A DNA stretch of 64,000 nucleotides from an uncultured Elusimicrobia bacterium (GTDB lineage: Bacteria; Elusimicrobiota; Elusimicrobia; 2-01-FULL-59-12), in the NCBI GenBank assembly GCA_963702895.1, contig OY969767.1, positions 96,001 to 160,000 of the forward strand, in the 5' to 3' direction. Below, one piece after another: positions 1-10,760 of this stretch (its first letter is position 1; the number at the start of each line of letters is the position of its first letter). The position numbers were made by a program, and so were the translations under genes. A model generated the notes under the pieces. It searched no databases, had not been told where the DNA came from, and saw only the letters and a list, made by a program, of their open reading frames with translations.

Positions 1-3000
1 AAGACAGCGGCTGCTCTGGCAGAGCACGACCAACTCATCCTCAGCCGGTCCTGTTCCCTGGCGCGGGTTTACATGAAGCAAAAGCAATGGACCTTGGCCA
101 AAGCGGCCTTGAAACGGGCACAGGCCGTCGACCCGGAAAACCCGGTGTATCTGGACGCCCGCCTCTCTTTTGCCAACCTGTACGTTTATGCTCTCTTAAC
201 GGCCGATCCCCGTTCCCTCGAGCGCGATCTTCAAGAGATTGAACACTTGCTCCTGGAAGCGGTGGCCTTATCCCAGGCGCTGCGGCTGCGAATTGAGACG
301 TCGCCTCCTTCCGCCCAAAAGGATGCCCTTTTAAAAAGATTTCTTGAAGACGAGATCTCGGCAAGAGCCGACCTGACGTTTCAAGTTCTGGAGCCGCAAC
401 ATCGGTATGCCGAAGTGGAACAGCAGGTCCGAAGTATATTGGCGATAAGCCAGGATGAAGAGCTCAAGCAGCAGTGCCGGAACGCGTTGGCATGGGGTGC
501 TTATTACCAGGAGGATTTGTGGGGGGCTTGGAAAGCCTTGCACCTGGAGGTGAACCACCTTCCGGTCGATTACCAGCCCGTGTTGCTGGAGAAGGACAAT
601 CTGAACCTCTGGACCCTCGACACCATGATCCGGCTGCGCCTGGCTCAGCACCAGGGCCAACAGAATGTGGAGGCTCAAGAGGTCGATAGGAAGCATCCCT
701 TGCCGTCTGATCCCGTTTCGCGGGGACTGGAAATCCGCTGGCGTCGCGAAGCGGCCTTCAGTGATGCTTTGGGCCCGGCCGGTACCGCCCTGTGGCGGCT
801 GGCGGAGATGGAGCGCGGCGGCGAGGCCGGCGCGGCCCCCGCGCTGAGGCCTTCGCCCTACGACCGAATCCGGCAGGGGCTGGACAAGCTGCGCTTTTCC
901 CGGGAGAAACTTGGGAAGCCCGACCAGGACATTGCCGAATTACTTATGGTGGTAGGCGAGATCGCGGTCGAAGCCCGCTGGCTGGACCTCGCCCAGGAGG
1001 CCTTCGATCTCGCCGTCGAATTTTACGATTCACCCCAGACCCGGCTCTACGCGGAGAGCATCCCCGCGCTCTGGTTGAAGGACGACAGGTCTCGAGACGA
1101 GAAGAAGACAGCGCGTGAAAGGTATGACTCCCATCGATTTCTCTTCCTTGAGAAAAGGGAAACCCCATCATGGGTCAGCGAGTCCCAAACAGCGCTTCAG
1201 GACCTGGGAGAGAATCCCACGGTGCCGCAATTGGAAAAATTCCTCACCGATCTGCGGGCCCGCACGCTCTTCTTTGAAGATTTCCAATTAGACCCGGATC
1301 CGTCGATCGCCAGGGCCGCTTTGGCGGGCCGACTCAATCAGGCGCGCTTGCGATCGGAGTGGCTTGATCATTTCGAAACAGACTTAGAGGCTTTCGGAGA
1401 TCAGGCCGATTCGATTAGAGCCCTGGTGTGGGATGTTTACAAGATCAAACTGGGGAACGGCCACCTGGGTGTGGACCTCGTGGATTGGCTGGGATCGATT
1501 CCGCCGGACCAAAGAGAGGTTTATGTCAAAGCCCTCTCTCTTGACAAACGCCAAAACCCCTTGATTAGCCTAGTAGAGGCGTGGCTTTCGCTTTACCTGA
1601 CCAGCGTCTCGTTTATTCTTCCGCCCAAGGCGCGCAACAAGCTGGCGTCCGTGGCGGTGACACGAGACTGCGCGCTGACCGTTCTCGAACAGATTGTCCT
1701 CCGGATGAGGAAGGCGAAGCTGCAGAATGTCGCCGCCAGCGAGGCCGCCGGAGAAATCGCCGATGCCATTCATTCTGACCGCACGGACGTGGAGGTGATG
1801 GCGGAGGTTGATAAGATCCTGGGCCTCCCGCAGACGGCTGGATCGGCGAAGGAGCGAACCGGCGAACCGGCGACAGAACCGCAAAATGTTTCGCCGAAAC
1901 GCCCCCTCGCCGATTCGCCCGCTCGACCGCCCAATCTGTCCCCCGTCGCCGCGTCGGATGTCGCGCGCGCGGCCGGGAATGGGAGTTCCTCCGGTGCCGT
2001 GGATGTGGTAATCCTCGCGTGCGTGGCCGCGTTGGCGGGAGTTCTTCGCTTTGCTCTGGGTGATGATTCTGGTGCTGCTGGGGTCATGGCTGCAGGTCTC
2101 ATCCCTTGGAAGTCCCTTCGGCCCGTGGTGATCTGGATACAGCGGCAATTCGAAGATCCTTTGGCTGAATTGGGGCGTGGACAGGAATCGGACACGCAAG
2201 GACCTGCCGCGCATTTGGGCGCAGAAACAGTTCAGAGAATGTGGGTCGAACTCTCCAAACTGTCGCCCCCTGCAGGATCGCAAGGACGGGGACCGCTTGA
2301 AGATGCGCTCCGTCGGGACTCTGGCCAGGATGACGAGGATCATGCCGAATTCAAGTCGAAGATCGAAAACCGGAAGCACATCCTGAATACGCTCATGGCC
2401 TTTTTGTCTGTCGAGGTGGTCTGTGAATCACTGGCCCATCAATTTACCAGGGCAGGGCACGCTGTCAGGCTATTGTCAGACCAGATCAAAGGACAACTTT
2501 CACTTCGCAAGCCAGGGGCATCCTATTTCATCAGTCCAGCCCTCGCCAGGACATTGGATCTTCATTGCGGGCCATCCGCCAAGGCCCTCGGGAAAGCACT
2601 CCTTCAGGAAGTTTGGCTGAAGGATCCTATCTCGACCGCGAAGCTCCTGATGACATTAAGCACCACAGGCGAGGAGCATTCTTTCCAATCGGTTGTGAGC
2701 GTCTTGGGGATCGAACGCCTGCGCCAGGCCCTGCTCCGCTCCCCTTCCATTTGTGCGCAAACAATCGAGAGACTGATGAGCCACCCTCACCGTTCGGGAC
2801 AGTGGGCCGAGTGGTGGCGCACCCAGACCTCCTTCCCGATGCCGTTGCCGTTTGGAGCATGGGAGTACCTGGCGCACAAAGACGTCTTTGGACCGAAGGT
2901 GCTGCAGGACAGCTTCGACCAGCATCCCGTCGAGCTGGGAATTCTGGTGATTGAAATTGAACGGCTCCCTGCCGCGTTCGAGGCCTTGGTTCAGGGCTTG

Positions 3001-4263
3001 CATGATTCGAAGCATCCGTCCGATCCCCTGTGGCGGCTCAAGGGTCTCGTCTCCTCCAACCCGGGGGTCCTGATCCCGCTGCTCCGTGTGTTGTCTGACC
3101 CGAAGAGTCAAAGGGCGTTTGCTCACCTGATCCGCAGGTGGGGGCCTGTGGATATCGCGGACTCTCTCGAGACCAGCCCCAGCGAATTGATCCGCGAGCT
3201 TGAACACGCGAGAAAGGAGGAGAAATTCAGTTTCATCGATAGCCTTCGCCACAAAATCCACAAACGCGTCTTTCGTTCGCTGCACAAGAATCTTACAGAT
3301 CTGCAGAAGTCCTTTATGCCCGAGCGTTGGAAATCAGAAGAGTTCAAAAAGAAGGCGACAGATGAGATCGAACGGTGGGTCAAAGAGCACCCGTTTGGAG
3401 TGAATTATATCCTGCCACGGGTCTTGAGAAGGCGGCTGCGAGGCCAAACGTATCAGTGGACATTTCTGGGGGGTGACTCCGCAGTGCTTATCTATGCGCA
3501 GGAATGGGCGCCCGGCTCCAGCGTGCTCGCTCCGCCGACTCAGTATACGGACCATATGAATGCAGTGATTCCTCTGGAGCACGGCCTCACTCTCAAGCGG
3601 TATATCATCCATCGCGCTCCCGAAGTGGGAGCCCAGGCGCTCTCCTCGAGCCGACACAAAGAGGTGGTTGACCTCACACTGGCGGACACGCGCCAGCCTG
3701 AGAAAGACCGCGTCCAATGGCTCTCCACCAAGACGAACGAAGTCGAGCAAATCGTCAACAACGCCGGGTCCAGGGTGTTCGTTTTGAACATCGTTTTCTA
3801 CGGCTACCCGCTCGTCACGACGTTCATCCCGGAAGGCTCCCAGCCAGACCGAAATCAAGTGAGATGCATTGCCCGGCGTCACGTGGCCGATGATCCGACC
3901 TTGCCGATCGGTGAGGCGCTGATCGGAGAGCGAGGAACGGTCAAGCTCAAAAAAGACCAGGTCGCGAAATTGAGACGTACGTTAGAGGCCTCTTTGGAAG
4001 GAAATGTTGACATGCCGGAAATCTATACAGCCGAAGGGACCGCACTCATCACGCCCATAGAGGCCTTGGACTATATGGATCAGCACCGCCTCACGATCTA
4101 TCGCACCAGAGATCATGCCTATGTTTTCAAGTCCTCCGGCTTCGCGGCATCGCAGGGCGGCGCGTCGGGGACCCCGTTGTCACCGAAACCCTCAAAAACA
4201 TCCCCCCCTGCGGACGCTTCTCCCTCCCCATCGCTGCTCCGACGCCTCGCCGCCGCCGCTTAA
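1..4263 (+). CDS. Very large hypothetical protein, likely 5'-truncated by the window; helical/TPR-like N-terminal part, one internal hydrophobic segment, C-terminus LLRRLAAAA
   Basis: Frame 1 is open from base 1 through the 73..4263 ORF; no catalytic motif recognised. Confidence 0.75.
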   Translation, partial: KTAAALAEHDQLILSRSCSLARVYMKQKQWTLAKAALKRAQAVDPENPVYLDARLSFANLYVYALLTADPRSLERDLQEIEHLLLEAVALSQALRLRIETSPPSAQKDALLKRFLEDEISARADLTFQVLEPQHRYAEVEQQVRSILAISQDEELKQQCRNALAWGAYYQEDLWGAWKALHLEVNHLPVDYQPVLLEKDNLNLWTLDTMIRLRLAQHQGQQNVEAQEVDRKHPLPSDPVSRGLEIRWRREAAFSDALGPAGTALWRLAEMERGGEAGAAPALRPSPYDRIRQGLDKLRFSREKLGKPDQDIAELLMVVGEIAVEARWLDLAQEAFDLAVEFYDSPQTRLYAESIPALWLKDDRSRDEKKTARERYDSHRFLFLEKRETPSWVSESQTALQDLGENPTVPQLEKFLTDLRARTLFFEDFQLDPDPSIARAALAGRLNQARLRSEWLDHFETDLEAFGDQADSIRALVWDVYKIKLGNGHLGVDLVDWLGSIPPDQREVYVKALSLDKRQNPLISLVEAWLSLYLTSVSFILPPKARNKLASVAVTRDCALTVLEQIVLRMRKAKLQNVAASEAAGEIADAIHSDRTDVEVMAEVDKILGLPQTAGSAKERTGEPATEPQNVSPKRPLADSPARPPNLSPVAASDVARAAGNGSSSGAVDVVILACVAALAGVLRFALGDDSGAAGVMAAGLIPWKSLRPVVIWIQRQFEDPLAELGRGQESDTQGPAAHLGAETVQRMWVELSKLSPPAGSQGRGPLEDALRRDSGQDDEDHAEFKSKIENRKHILNTLMAFLSVEVVCESLAHQFTRAGHAVRLLSDQIKGQLSLRKPGASYFISPALARTLDLHCGPSAKALGKALLQEVWLKDPISTAKLLMTLSTTGEEHSFQSVVSVLGIERLRQALLRSPSICAQTIERLMSHPHRSGQWAEWWRTQTSFPMPLPFGAWEYLAHKDVFGPKVLQDSFDQHPVELGILVIEIERLPAAFEALVQGLHDSKHPSDPLWRLKGLVSSNPGVLIPLLRVLSDPKSQRAFAHLIRRWGPVDIADSLETSPSELIRELEHARKEEKFSFIDSLRHKIHKRVFRSLHKNLTDLQKSFMPERWKSEEFKKKATDEIERWVKEHPFGVNYILPRVLRRRLRGQTYQWTFLGGDSAVLIYAQEWAPGSSVLAPPTQYTDHMNAVIPLEHGLTLKRYIIHRAPEVGAQALSSSRHKEVVDLTLADTRQPEKDRVQWLSTKTNEVEQIVNNAGSRVFVLNIVFYGYPLVTTFIPEGSQPDRNQVRCIARRHVADDPTLPIGEALIGERGTVKLKKDQVAKLRRTLEASLEGNVDMPEIYTAEGTALITPIEALDYMDQHRLTIYRTRDHAYVFKSSGFAASQGGASGTPLSPKPSKTSPPADASPSPSLLRRLAAAA

Positions 4264-5720
4264 GAACGGCTTGGCCGGGGGTTCTGGAAGTTCAGGCGGC
4301 GATTGAATTCGGAGGCGAGCCAGTCGGCCTGGCTTTTGTCGCGGAGCATCGCGAAGACGATGAGCGGCTTGCTGACTCTTCGTCGCAGCATGATCCCATA
4401 GGATGGATTCTGGTTGGTTTGCGCCATCACCGAGATGCCGGCCTCGAGAACCTCTCCCGGCGGCGCTTTCCAGGATTTCTGAAAACCCAGGAGCCGGTAC
4501 GTCAACACCACGCCGTCGGACCCCATGGTGAGGCGCACTTCGCCCGCCGCCGCCCACAGCAGCGCCAGCACCACGATCATCCCGAACAGGCCAGCCACCA
4601 GAGGAAAAATAAGCGGGGCTCCCGCTTTTGAGATCACCATGGCGACCGCGACCGTGAACGCCAACGACAGGAGGCATCCCAGGGCGCTGGCGGCCCCTCC
4701 CGGCGGAGCCAGGATGAACTGGGTGCCGCCCGGCACAGACACGATGCGGACCCGGGAAGGCGCTGGCGCCTCGCCCCGGCTGGCGGGCCGGATGAAGCCG
4801 TCGGGAAGCGTTTCACGCGGCTGGCTCGGGTCTTCCGGCAGGGTCCGGAAGACCGGCACCTCAAAGATCAGGTTGAGATCGGCGCCCGGCACGGCCGCCG
4901 ACACCCGCAGCCGCCAGATCACCTGGCGGTCCGCCGACTCGTCATTCCAGGGCTCGCACTCCGGCGGAATGGGGATCGACACGGGAACAGCCGTGAGCGC
5001 CTCCGGATAAGAAGGGACGGGGCCGGGCACGCGCGCGCCCGCTTCCCAGAGGATGTGCTCTTGCGTATCGTCGGAGCCGTGCGTGCGCCGCAGGCAGGAA
5101 AGTTTCACTTCAAAGCCGGCTGCCGGGTCAAGCCGCGGCGGGATCAGCACCACGCCCTTGAGGCTGCCGCCGATGGCCGCGGGCGCCGCGCTCATGTGAA
5201 AGACGCACCGGCGGAACCGGAGCCAGCGCAGCGTCTGCGCGAGCGCCCAATACAGCAGCCCCGCGCCAAAGAGCGGAAAAATAAGAATGAGCAAAATCCG
5301 CCAGTCGCCCTTTTGCGCATACTCCCGGACCGCCAGAACGGCTCCCGCCAGTGCGGCCGCATTCCAGAAGAGGGAAAACCCCGTGATGAACAACAGGCCG
5401 GCTTCTCCTTTGGCCGGAAGCACGCCGCGGGCAAAGTCATCCCGCCACAGCCAGGGGCGGCCGGGGTTGGCGGCGCGCTGTTCAGCGCGCCGGCGCTCCT
5501 CGCGCCGGCTGTAGAGGAGAAGCGCCGCCAACCCGCACGGAAAGGCGAGGAAGACGACGCCGAAAGCCGCAAGGGCCAGCCCCTGCGGCCACTGTCCCTT
5601 CACCGCCAGGCCTATGCCTATCACGACCGCCGCCAGGCCCGCCAGAAGAAAAGGGACAAGAAAAAAGGATAGGCCGATGGGGGCTCTCCGCCACCAACCC
5701 CGGACGCGATCGGTCGCCAT
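4260..5720 (-). CDS. Hypothetical multi-pass membrane protein
   Basis: 486-aa ORF with about 6 hydrophobic segments; its stop overlaps the stop of the convergent upstream gene (TTAA). Confidence 0.8.
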   Translation of the reverse strand: MATDRVRGWWRRAPIGLSFFLVPFLLAGLAAVVIGIGLAVKGQWPQGLALAAFGVVFLAFPCGLAALLLYSRREERRRAEQRAANPGRPWLWRDDFARGVLPAKGEAGLLFITGFSLFWNAAALAGAVLAVREYAQKGDWRILLILIFPLFGAGLLYWALAQTLRWLRFRRCVFHMSAAPAAIGGSLKGVVLIPPRLDPAAGFEVKLSCLRRTHGSDDTQEHILWEAGARVPGPVPSYPEALTAVPVSIPIPPECEPWNDESADRQVIWRLRVSAAVPGADLNLIFEVPVFRTLPEDPSQPRETLPDGFIRPASRGEAPAPSRVRIVSVPGGTQFILAPPGGAASALGCLLSLAFTVAVAMVISKAGAPLIFPLVAGLFGMIVVLALLWAAAGEVRLTMGSDGVVLTYRLLGFQKSWKAPPGEVLEAGISVMAQTNQNPSYGIMLRRRVSKPLIVFAMLRDKSQADWLASEFNRRLNFQNPRPSRS

Positions 5721-5782
5721 GGCCCAATCCTATACGGCATGGCTCATTTTGGCAATGGCGAATGGAGGAGGAATGGCCGCGC

Positions 5783-8700
5783 TTAGGCAGCCTGCAAGAG
5801 GCCGGGATGGGGCAAGGCGCCAGACGCGCTCGCCTGAGGCCTCCGGAGAAACCGGAACAACCCATACATGGCCACGGCGCTGATCGCCGAGATGAGGATC
5901 GGCCCGGGACCAGCCTGGAGAAGAATGGATCCGCCCAAGAGGTCTATCCGTTCGCCATACGAGCCGAGGCTCGCTGGATGGGCCGCCTCCACGCTTCGAT
6001 AGAGAAAGCTGGCGAAGTTCTTCATCAAGAAGGAATTGAGAAGCAGCAGCGGCAAGGCGCTGAAGGTGGTGCTTGTCCAGCTTCCTTGTCCAGCCTCCGG
6101 CAGGGTGTCCCACTCCACGTCAATGCCGTCCGGAGGCAGCTGCGTGAAGGTGATTCGAAATCCACCCTCGGGGACCTTAGACACCTTGAATTGAAAGTGC
6201 ATCGACGGGAGATCTCGATCCCCGTCAACGTTATCGTCCGCACCGGACGACCCGATGCTGACGACCTGGTCAAACTCAACCTTCACAGGCGATGTGCCTT
6301 CGACAAACCACAGCCGGCCTCCACGCTGATAGAGCCTGAAACGAAATCCTCGCGTGTCGATCCGGATATTATTTCCGAAATGAACCATGACGGGATCGAC
6401 GTTTTCGCCGGGCGGCGCTTGACGCGTTGGAGCGCCTAGACGCGCCAGGCAAATACCCTTCGCCCAATACAACCTCTTATGAGGACCCATCCCAAGATAT
6501 CCTGCACCCGCTGCCCTCAACGCCAAATCCTTCGGAATATGGTCAACATCCTGGGAGTGCATGGAGCGCCTTACGGGAACGGCGGCCCCCTGCGGCCCCG
6601 ATTCCAATCCGAGGATCAGTCGGTTCTGCTCCAAGAGATCCGTGAGAAAGCTCGGAGCGTGGACAAGCTCAAAGGACCCCGAGCTGACCCTTTCAACGGC
6701 CAGGGTGACCCGTCTGGAAAACGACAGCAATCTCGACGCTCGATCGTCAGAAGGCCAAAACCGGTTGACGTTTCGTGCGTCCGCGTCATCCGTCCCCTCG
6801 AAGAGGACCTTTTTTCCATCGGGCGTCATTTTCTCTATTTCTCGAAAGAGGCGCTCCGGAAGAATCGCCACCCTGTTTGAATCAGGCAATCTGACCGCGA
6901 CCGCGGAAGCAAGGGATTCTCCGTACAAAGCCAGCAGGTGATGCTGGCCAACCGGGATGTCCGTCATCTGAGGTAGGACCAGATGCTCCAGCCCTTCATG
7001 GATCAAACCGGCGAGACCGTTGTCGTGGATGAACAGTCGGATCGTCCCTGTTTCGCTGGGCGCGTCCGGTTCCGATTTCCAACAAAACGCCTCAACCCGT
7101 GTCTCATTCTCCTCAAACAGGAGGTCGGAAGGGAAAACAAGGACTTCAAACTGATACCGCTTTCCGTCGATCAAGAGCTCTGATGGATCGGACCTCAACA
7201 AGTCGGCCAATCTTCTTAACGGATCGATCAGCTCGGGCAGCTGCTCAAAAAGGATTTGGGTCGTGAAATCTTGTTGATCGATCCACTGATCAATCAGGCG
7301 AGCGGCATCTGACAATTGTGTTCTTGTGGCGACACGGCCCAAGTTAATCTGGCGCTTCCCAAAACCCTCCTGCTGGGCTTCGGTAAACCCATCGCCCAGC
7401 AGGCTGTGCTGGCCCTGGGTGGGCGTGCGCGGCGTCGGCGCTGTCGTCGGTTCCTCCTTGCCTTTTGGCGACGCCGGCTTGGACGGAGGTTTCTTCAATT
7501 GAATGACGAGTTGATCACCCTTTCTCAAGACCGTTTGATCTCTAACCGGAATCATCTGTCCATTATCTGAATGGGGGGCAGCGCCGGGTGACGGACGTTG
7601 CAGGTAGACCACGAACGAGGGGTTCACATTTCCCTGCAGTTTGAACAGGCCGTCCAAGAGGAGCGCGTGAGTTTCGGAAACCTCTCTGTGATCATGGAGC
7701 CAAGGCCAAAATTCTCTCCACCGGAGAGGCTGGTCGCCCTTCATGAATTCGCGCAAAAGTTTATCCGGCACGATGGAAGCGCCCTGATCCGCCGATTTCA
7801 CACGCTTTTTGAACTCGGCTCGCCGTTTGTTCCGCGAGGCCGCAAGAGACGTCTGTGCCGCCCCCGCGATCGCCAGCGCCGCCCGACGCTTCCTTGCAAG
7901 ATCCGCACGGATCTTCTTCTGCTTTCTGGAAATACCTTGGATGACTCGTCGCAGATGGGCCAGGTCCTTTGGGGAAATATCTTTATCACGTAGACGTTCG
8001 GACAAATCCCCTATGCCCGATTGCTCCTCCAAATAGCGTATGGGAATTTTCATATTCCTCATTGCTTTTAACAGTTCGAGCAGTTTCGACCGCCGGGCCT
8101 CCCTTTGTTGCTTTTCATCTGCTGTGAGGCGGTGCCCTCGCCCCTCCTTGACGGCTGGAGGCGTTAAGACTCTTGACTTCGGATCTCCATGCGGCCGTTC
8201 TTTTGTCGAGAGTCTTATTCGAAGCCTTTTAATCAGCAGACCGCCCATGGCTGGAGATTCCATTGAGAAATATTGCTTCAAGTCCTCGAAGCTCTGGAAT
8301 GGGTTCGCCCCTCCTGCGTCGGCAGCTCTCCTGGCGGAGAGCAGCGTCTCCCGTGTGGCAAGTGGAATTCCATAATTAATGAGGGATTGGATATCCCCGG
8401 AAATGTCATACAAGAATTGGAGTTCCTTGGCTTCGGCACGAGCGGCGGCTTCGTCTTTTGGTGGAAGGAAAACCGCGGCGATCACGCCTGCGATGCCGAG
8501 CGCTGTCGGCGCGGCCGCCCACAGCGCCTCCGGATTCCATCGCTCAGCCAGCCCGCTGACCCATAAGGCCGCCGGATGCGTCAGCGAACTCCCCGAGAAG
8601 TCCGACAGATGCGGCCAAACCAGCGGTAAGACCATCGCCAGCAAGACAATCAGGACGGATGCGCCCAGCAGCAGGACGGCATTCGAAAGGCCTCGATTCG

Positions 8701-10195
8701 ACGATGGACTCAGTTTGATGATGATTTTGTCGCCCGGCTGCAAGACCACAACTTCTCTGTTGTTGGAGATGGGAAGAGATAGCGCCTGGATGGCCCGGGG
8801 TTGGGGGCCTGGAATCGACCTTAGAAGCTTAACAGTAAACGCACGGTTGGTATTCCCCTCCGGTGTGAACAGGCCGTCCAAGAGGAGCGCGTGGGTGTTG
8901 GAATCCTCTCTGTGTTTTAGGAGCCAAGACCAAAATTCTCTCCACTCGTGAGTCCGGGGGTCCTGCATGAATGCGTTCAAAATGTAATCCGGCACGATGT
9001 AAGCACCCCGATTCGCCGAAGTCACGAGCTCTTTGAGCTTGGCTTTCTGATCGTCCCGCGAGGCCCTATGAGTCTTACGTGCCGCCACCGCGCTTGCTAG
9101 CGCAACCTGATGCTTCCTTGCAAGATACGCACGGATCCCCTTCTGATTTCTGGAAATAACTTCCACAATTCGTCGCAAACGGTCCAGTTGTTCTTCGGTA
9201 ATAGTATCTTTACGATCGGACAATTTCTTAAGACCTGCTATGGCCCCCAAATAGGGTATGGAAATGCCCATTTCCTCCATTGCGCCGAACAGGGCGGCCA
9301 GTTCCAACCGCCGGGCCTCCCTTTGTTTCGGTTGATCTGCTGTGAGGGGCTTTCCTGGCCTCTTCATGACGGCTGGAGGCGTTAAGACTCCCGCCTTCGG
9401 TTGCCCTGCTTCGCGGAAAGTCTCTAGAAGCCCAATAGTCAGCGGACTGGCCGTGTCTGGAAATTCCAATAAGAAATATTGATTCAAGTCATGGAAGCTG
9501 CGGAATGGGTTCGGATACCCCTCATCGGCAGCTTTCCTGGCCTTGAAAAGCAACTCCATCGTGGCCGGGGGAATTCCATGCTCAGCGAGGGATTTGATAT
9601 CCCCGGAAATGTCATACAAGAATTGGAGTTCCTTGGCTTCGGCACGAGCGGCGGCTTCGTCTTTTGGTGGAAGGAAAACCGCGGCGATCACGCCTGCGAT
9701 GCCGAGCGCTGTCGGCGCGGCCGCCCACAGCGCCTCCGGATTCCATCGCTCAGCCAGCCCGCTGACCCATAAGGCCGCCGGATGCGTCAGCGAACTCCCC
9801 GAGAAGTCCGACAGATGCGGCCAAACCAGCGGTAAGACCATCGCCAGCAAGACAATCAGGACGGATGCGCCCAGCAGCCGGTCGGCGTTCGGAAGGTCTT
9901 GATTCGACGAAGCCAAGAGTGTTTGTGCGGCAACCCGCGAGGCCGCTCGAGTCCGGTTTGCTTGTCGCCATCCCTCCACCCACTGGCGCATGTGCTGCCC
10001 GCTGGCGATGCCGTGCGTGAAGGGGACGGCCAGCGCGGCGAGGGCCTCCTGATCCAGGCGCGCCGCGTCCATTCGAGTCATCAGCGAAACCCTGCTTGTG
10101 GCGGGAGGACAAGAAAGGACGGAAGCCGTCGCCGGCTCGATGAGCAGGCCGGGAATCAAAAGGAGCGAAATCAAACGCCTGAGGGTATTGGGCAT
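5783..10195 (-). CDS. Very large hypothetical protein with signal-peptide-like N-terminus, tandem ~402-aa duplication and C-terminus GLLQAA
   Basis: 1480-aa ORF, likely ATG at 10195 (MPNTLRRLISLLLIPGLL); internal repeat is directly visible. Confidence 0.8.
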   Translation of the reverse strand: MPNTLRRLISLLLIPGLLIEPATASVLSCPPATSRVSLMTRMDAARLDQEALAALAVPFTHGIASGQHMRQWVEGWRQANRTRAASRVAAQTLLASSNQDLPNADRLLGASVLIVLLAMVLPLVWPHLSDFSGSSLTHPAALWVSGLAERWNPEALWAAAPTALGIAGVIAAVFLPPKDEAAARAEAKELQFLYDISGDIKSLAEHGIPPATMELLFKARKAADEGYPNPFRSFHDLNQYFLLEFPDTASPLTIGLLETFREAGQPKAGVLTPPAVMKRPGKPLTADQPKQREARRLELAALFGAMEEMGISIPYLGAIAGLKKLSDRKDTITEEQLDRLRRIVEVISRNQKGIRAYLARKHQVALASAVAARKTHRASRDDQKAKLKELVTSANRGAYIVPDYILNAFMQDPRTHEWREFWSWLLKHREDSNTHALLLDGLFTPEGNTNRAFTVKLLRSIPGPQPRAIQALSLPISNNREVVVLQPGDKIIIKLSPSSNRGLSNAVLLLGASVLIVLLAMVLPLVWPHLSDFSGSSLTHPAALWVSGLAERWNPEALWAAAPTALGIAGVIAAVFLPPKDEAAARAEAKELQFLYDISGDIQSLINYGIPLATRETLLSARRAADAGGANPFQSFEDLKQYFSMESPAMGGLLIKRLRIRLSTKERPHGDPKSRVLTPPAVKEGRGHRLTADEKQQREARRSKLLELLKAMRNMKIPIRYLEEQSGIGDLSERLRDKDISPKDLAHLRRVIQGISRKQKKIRADLARKRRAALAIAGAAQTSLAASRNKRRAEFKKRVKSADQGASIVPDKLLREFMKGDQPLRWREFWPWLHDHREVSETHALLLDGLFKLQGNVNPSFVVYLQRPSPGAAPHSDNGQMIPVRDQTVLRKGDQLVIQLKKPPSKPASPKGKEEPTTAPTPRTPTQGQHSLLGDGFTEAQQEGFGKRQINLGRVATRTQLSDAARLIDQWIDQQDFTTQILFEQLPELIDPLRRLADLLRSDPSELLIDGKRYQFEVLVFPSDLLFEENETRVEAFCWKSEPDAPSETGTIRLFIHDNGLAGLIHEGLEHLVLPQMTDIPVGQHHLLALYGESLASAVAVRLPDSNRVAILPERLFREIEKMTPDGKKVLFEGTDDADARNVNRFWPSDDRASRLLSFSRRVTLAVERVSSGSFELVHAPSFLTDLLEQNRLILGLESGPQGAAVPVRRSMHSQDVDHIPKDLALRAAGAGYLGMGPHKRLYWAKGICLARLGAPTRQAPPGENVDPVMVHFGNNIRIDTRGFRFRLYQRGGRLWFVEGTSPVKVEFDQVVSIGSSGADDNVDGDRDLPSMHFQFKVSKVPEGGFRITFTQLPPDGIDVEWDTLPEAGQGSWTSTTFSALPLLLLNSFLMKNFASFLYRSVEAAHPASLGSYGERIDLLGGSILLQAGPGPILISAISAVAMYGLFRFLRRPQASASGALPHPGLLQAA
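8390..9878. repeat. Direct repeat: 283-bp apparently identical blocks at 8390-8672 and 9596-9878 (offset 1206 bp)
   Basis: Sequence GATATCCCCGGAAATG...GCGCCCAGCAGC occurs twice; the flanking parts of the unit are homologous but diverged. Confidence 0.9.
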
Positions 10196-10384
10196 AGCCG
10201 ACGAGACGGCCCGAAGACGGGACACGAGATCCCTCGCCTTCCCGACGGGCCGCCTGACCCTACAATATTAAGGGTTTAGCGCCAGAGGTTCTATGGGGCG
10301 GAGGGCTAAAAATGCTGGGCCAAAGGGCCCAGACTTTGCAGTAGGACCCTGCCTCGCGGTGTACGCATGTGAAGTTCGCAGCGC

Positions 10385-10621
10385 CGAAGCCTGAAATCTT
10401 TGGGGGCCCTTGCTGTGGGGGAGGGAGGCGGCGAACGACTCGTGGACGGCGGCTGGGTGGTGAGCGCGTCCAGCCGAGGATGGTTGAGCCTCGACCTCTG
10501 ATGTACAGGGAGGAGGCGAGTTCCGGAGGCTGCGCGAAGCACCCAGCCGGGGTGTCCGGGAGCGCCGGAGTGAGCGGCCCCCCTCCCCCACAGCAAGGAC
10601 TCCTGAAGACTTCATGCTTCG
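10385..10621. repeat. Long rod-like inverted-repeat element R1
   Basis: ~40-bp imperfect terminal arms (perfect 18 bp at 10408-10425/10581-10598) plus nested stem GGCTGGGTG/CACCCAGCC. Confidence 0.75.
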
Positions 10622-10760
10622 CTTAGAATGTTCGCGGGTGGACGGGCCGTCTGAGAATAAGTAACATTCCTGTGCAGGGACGAGGGACGAGCGATGAGAG
10701 ATGAGGCTGTTCCCGTCCCTCCTCTCTCGTGGCTCATCTCTAAGATGGAAGGAGGCCGGT

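Noticed and set aside
8390..9878. DGR template/variable repeat interpretation
   Set aside because: The copies are identical, with no adenine-specific differences, and no reverse transcriptase is in the window.
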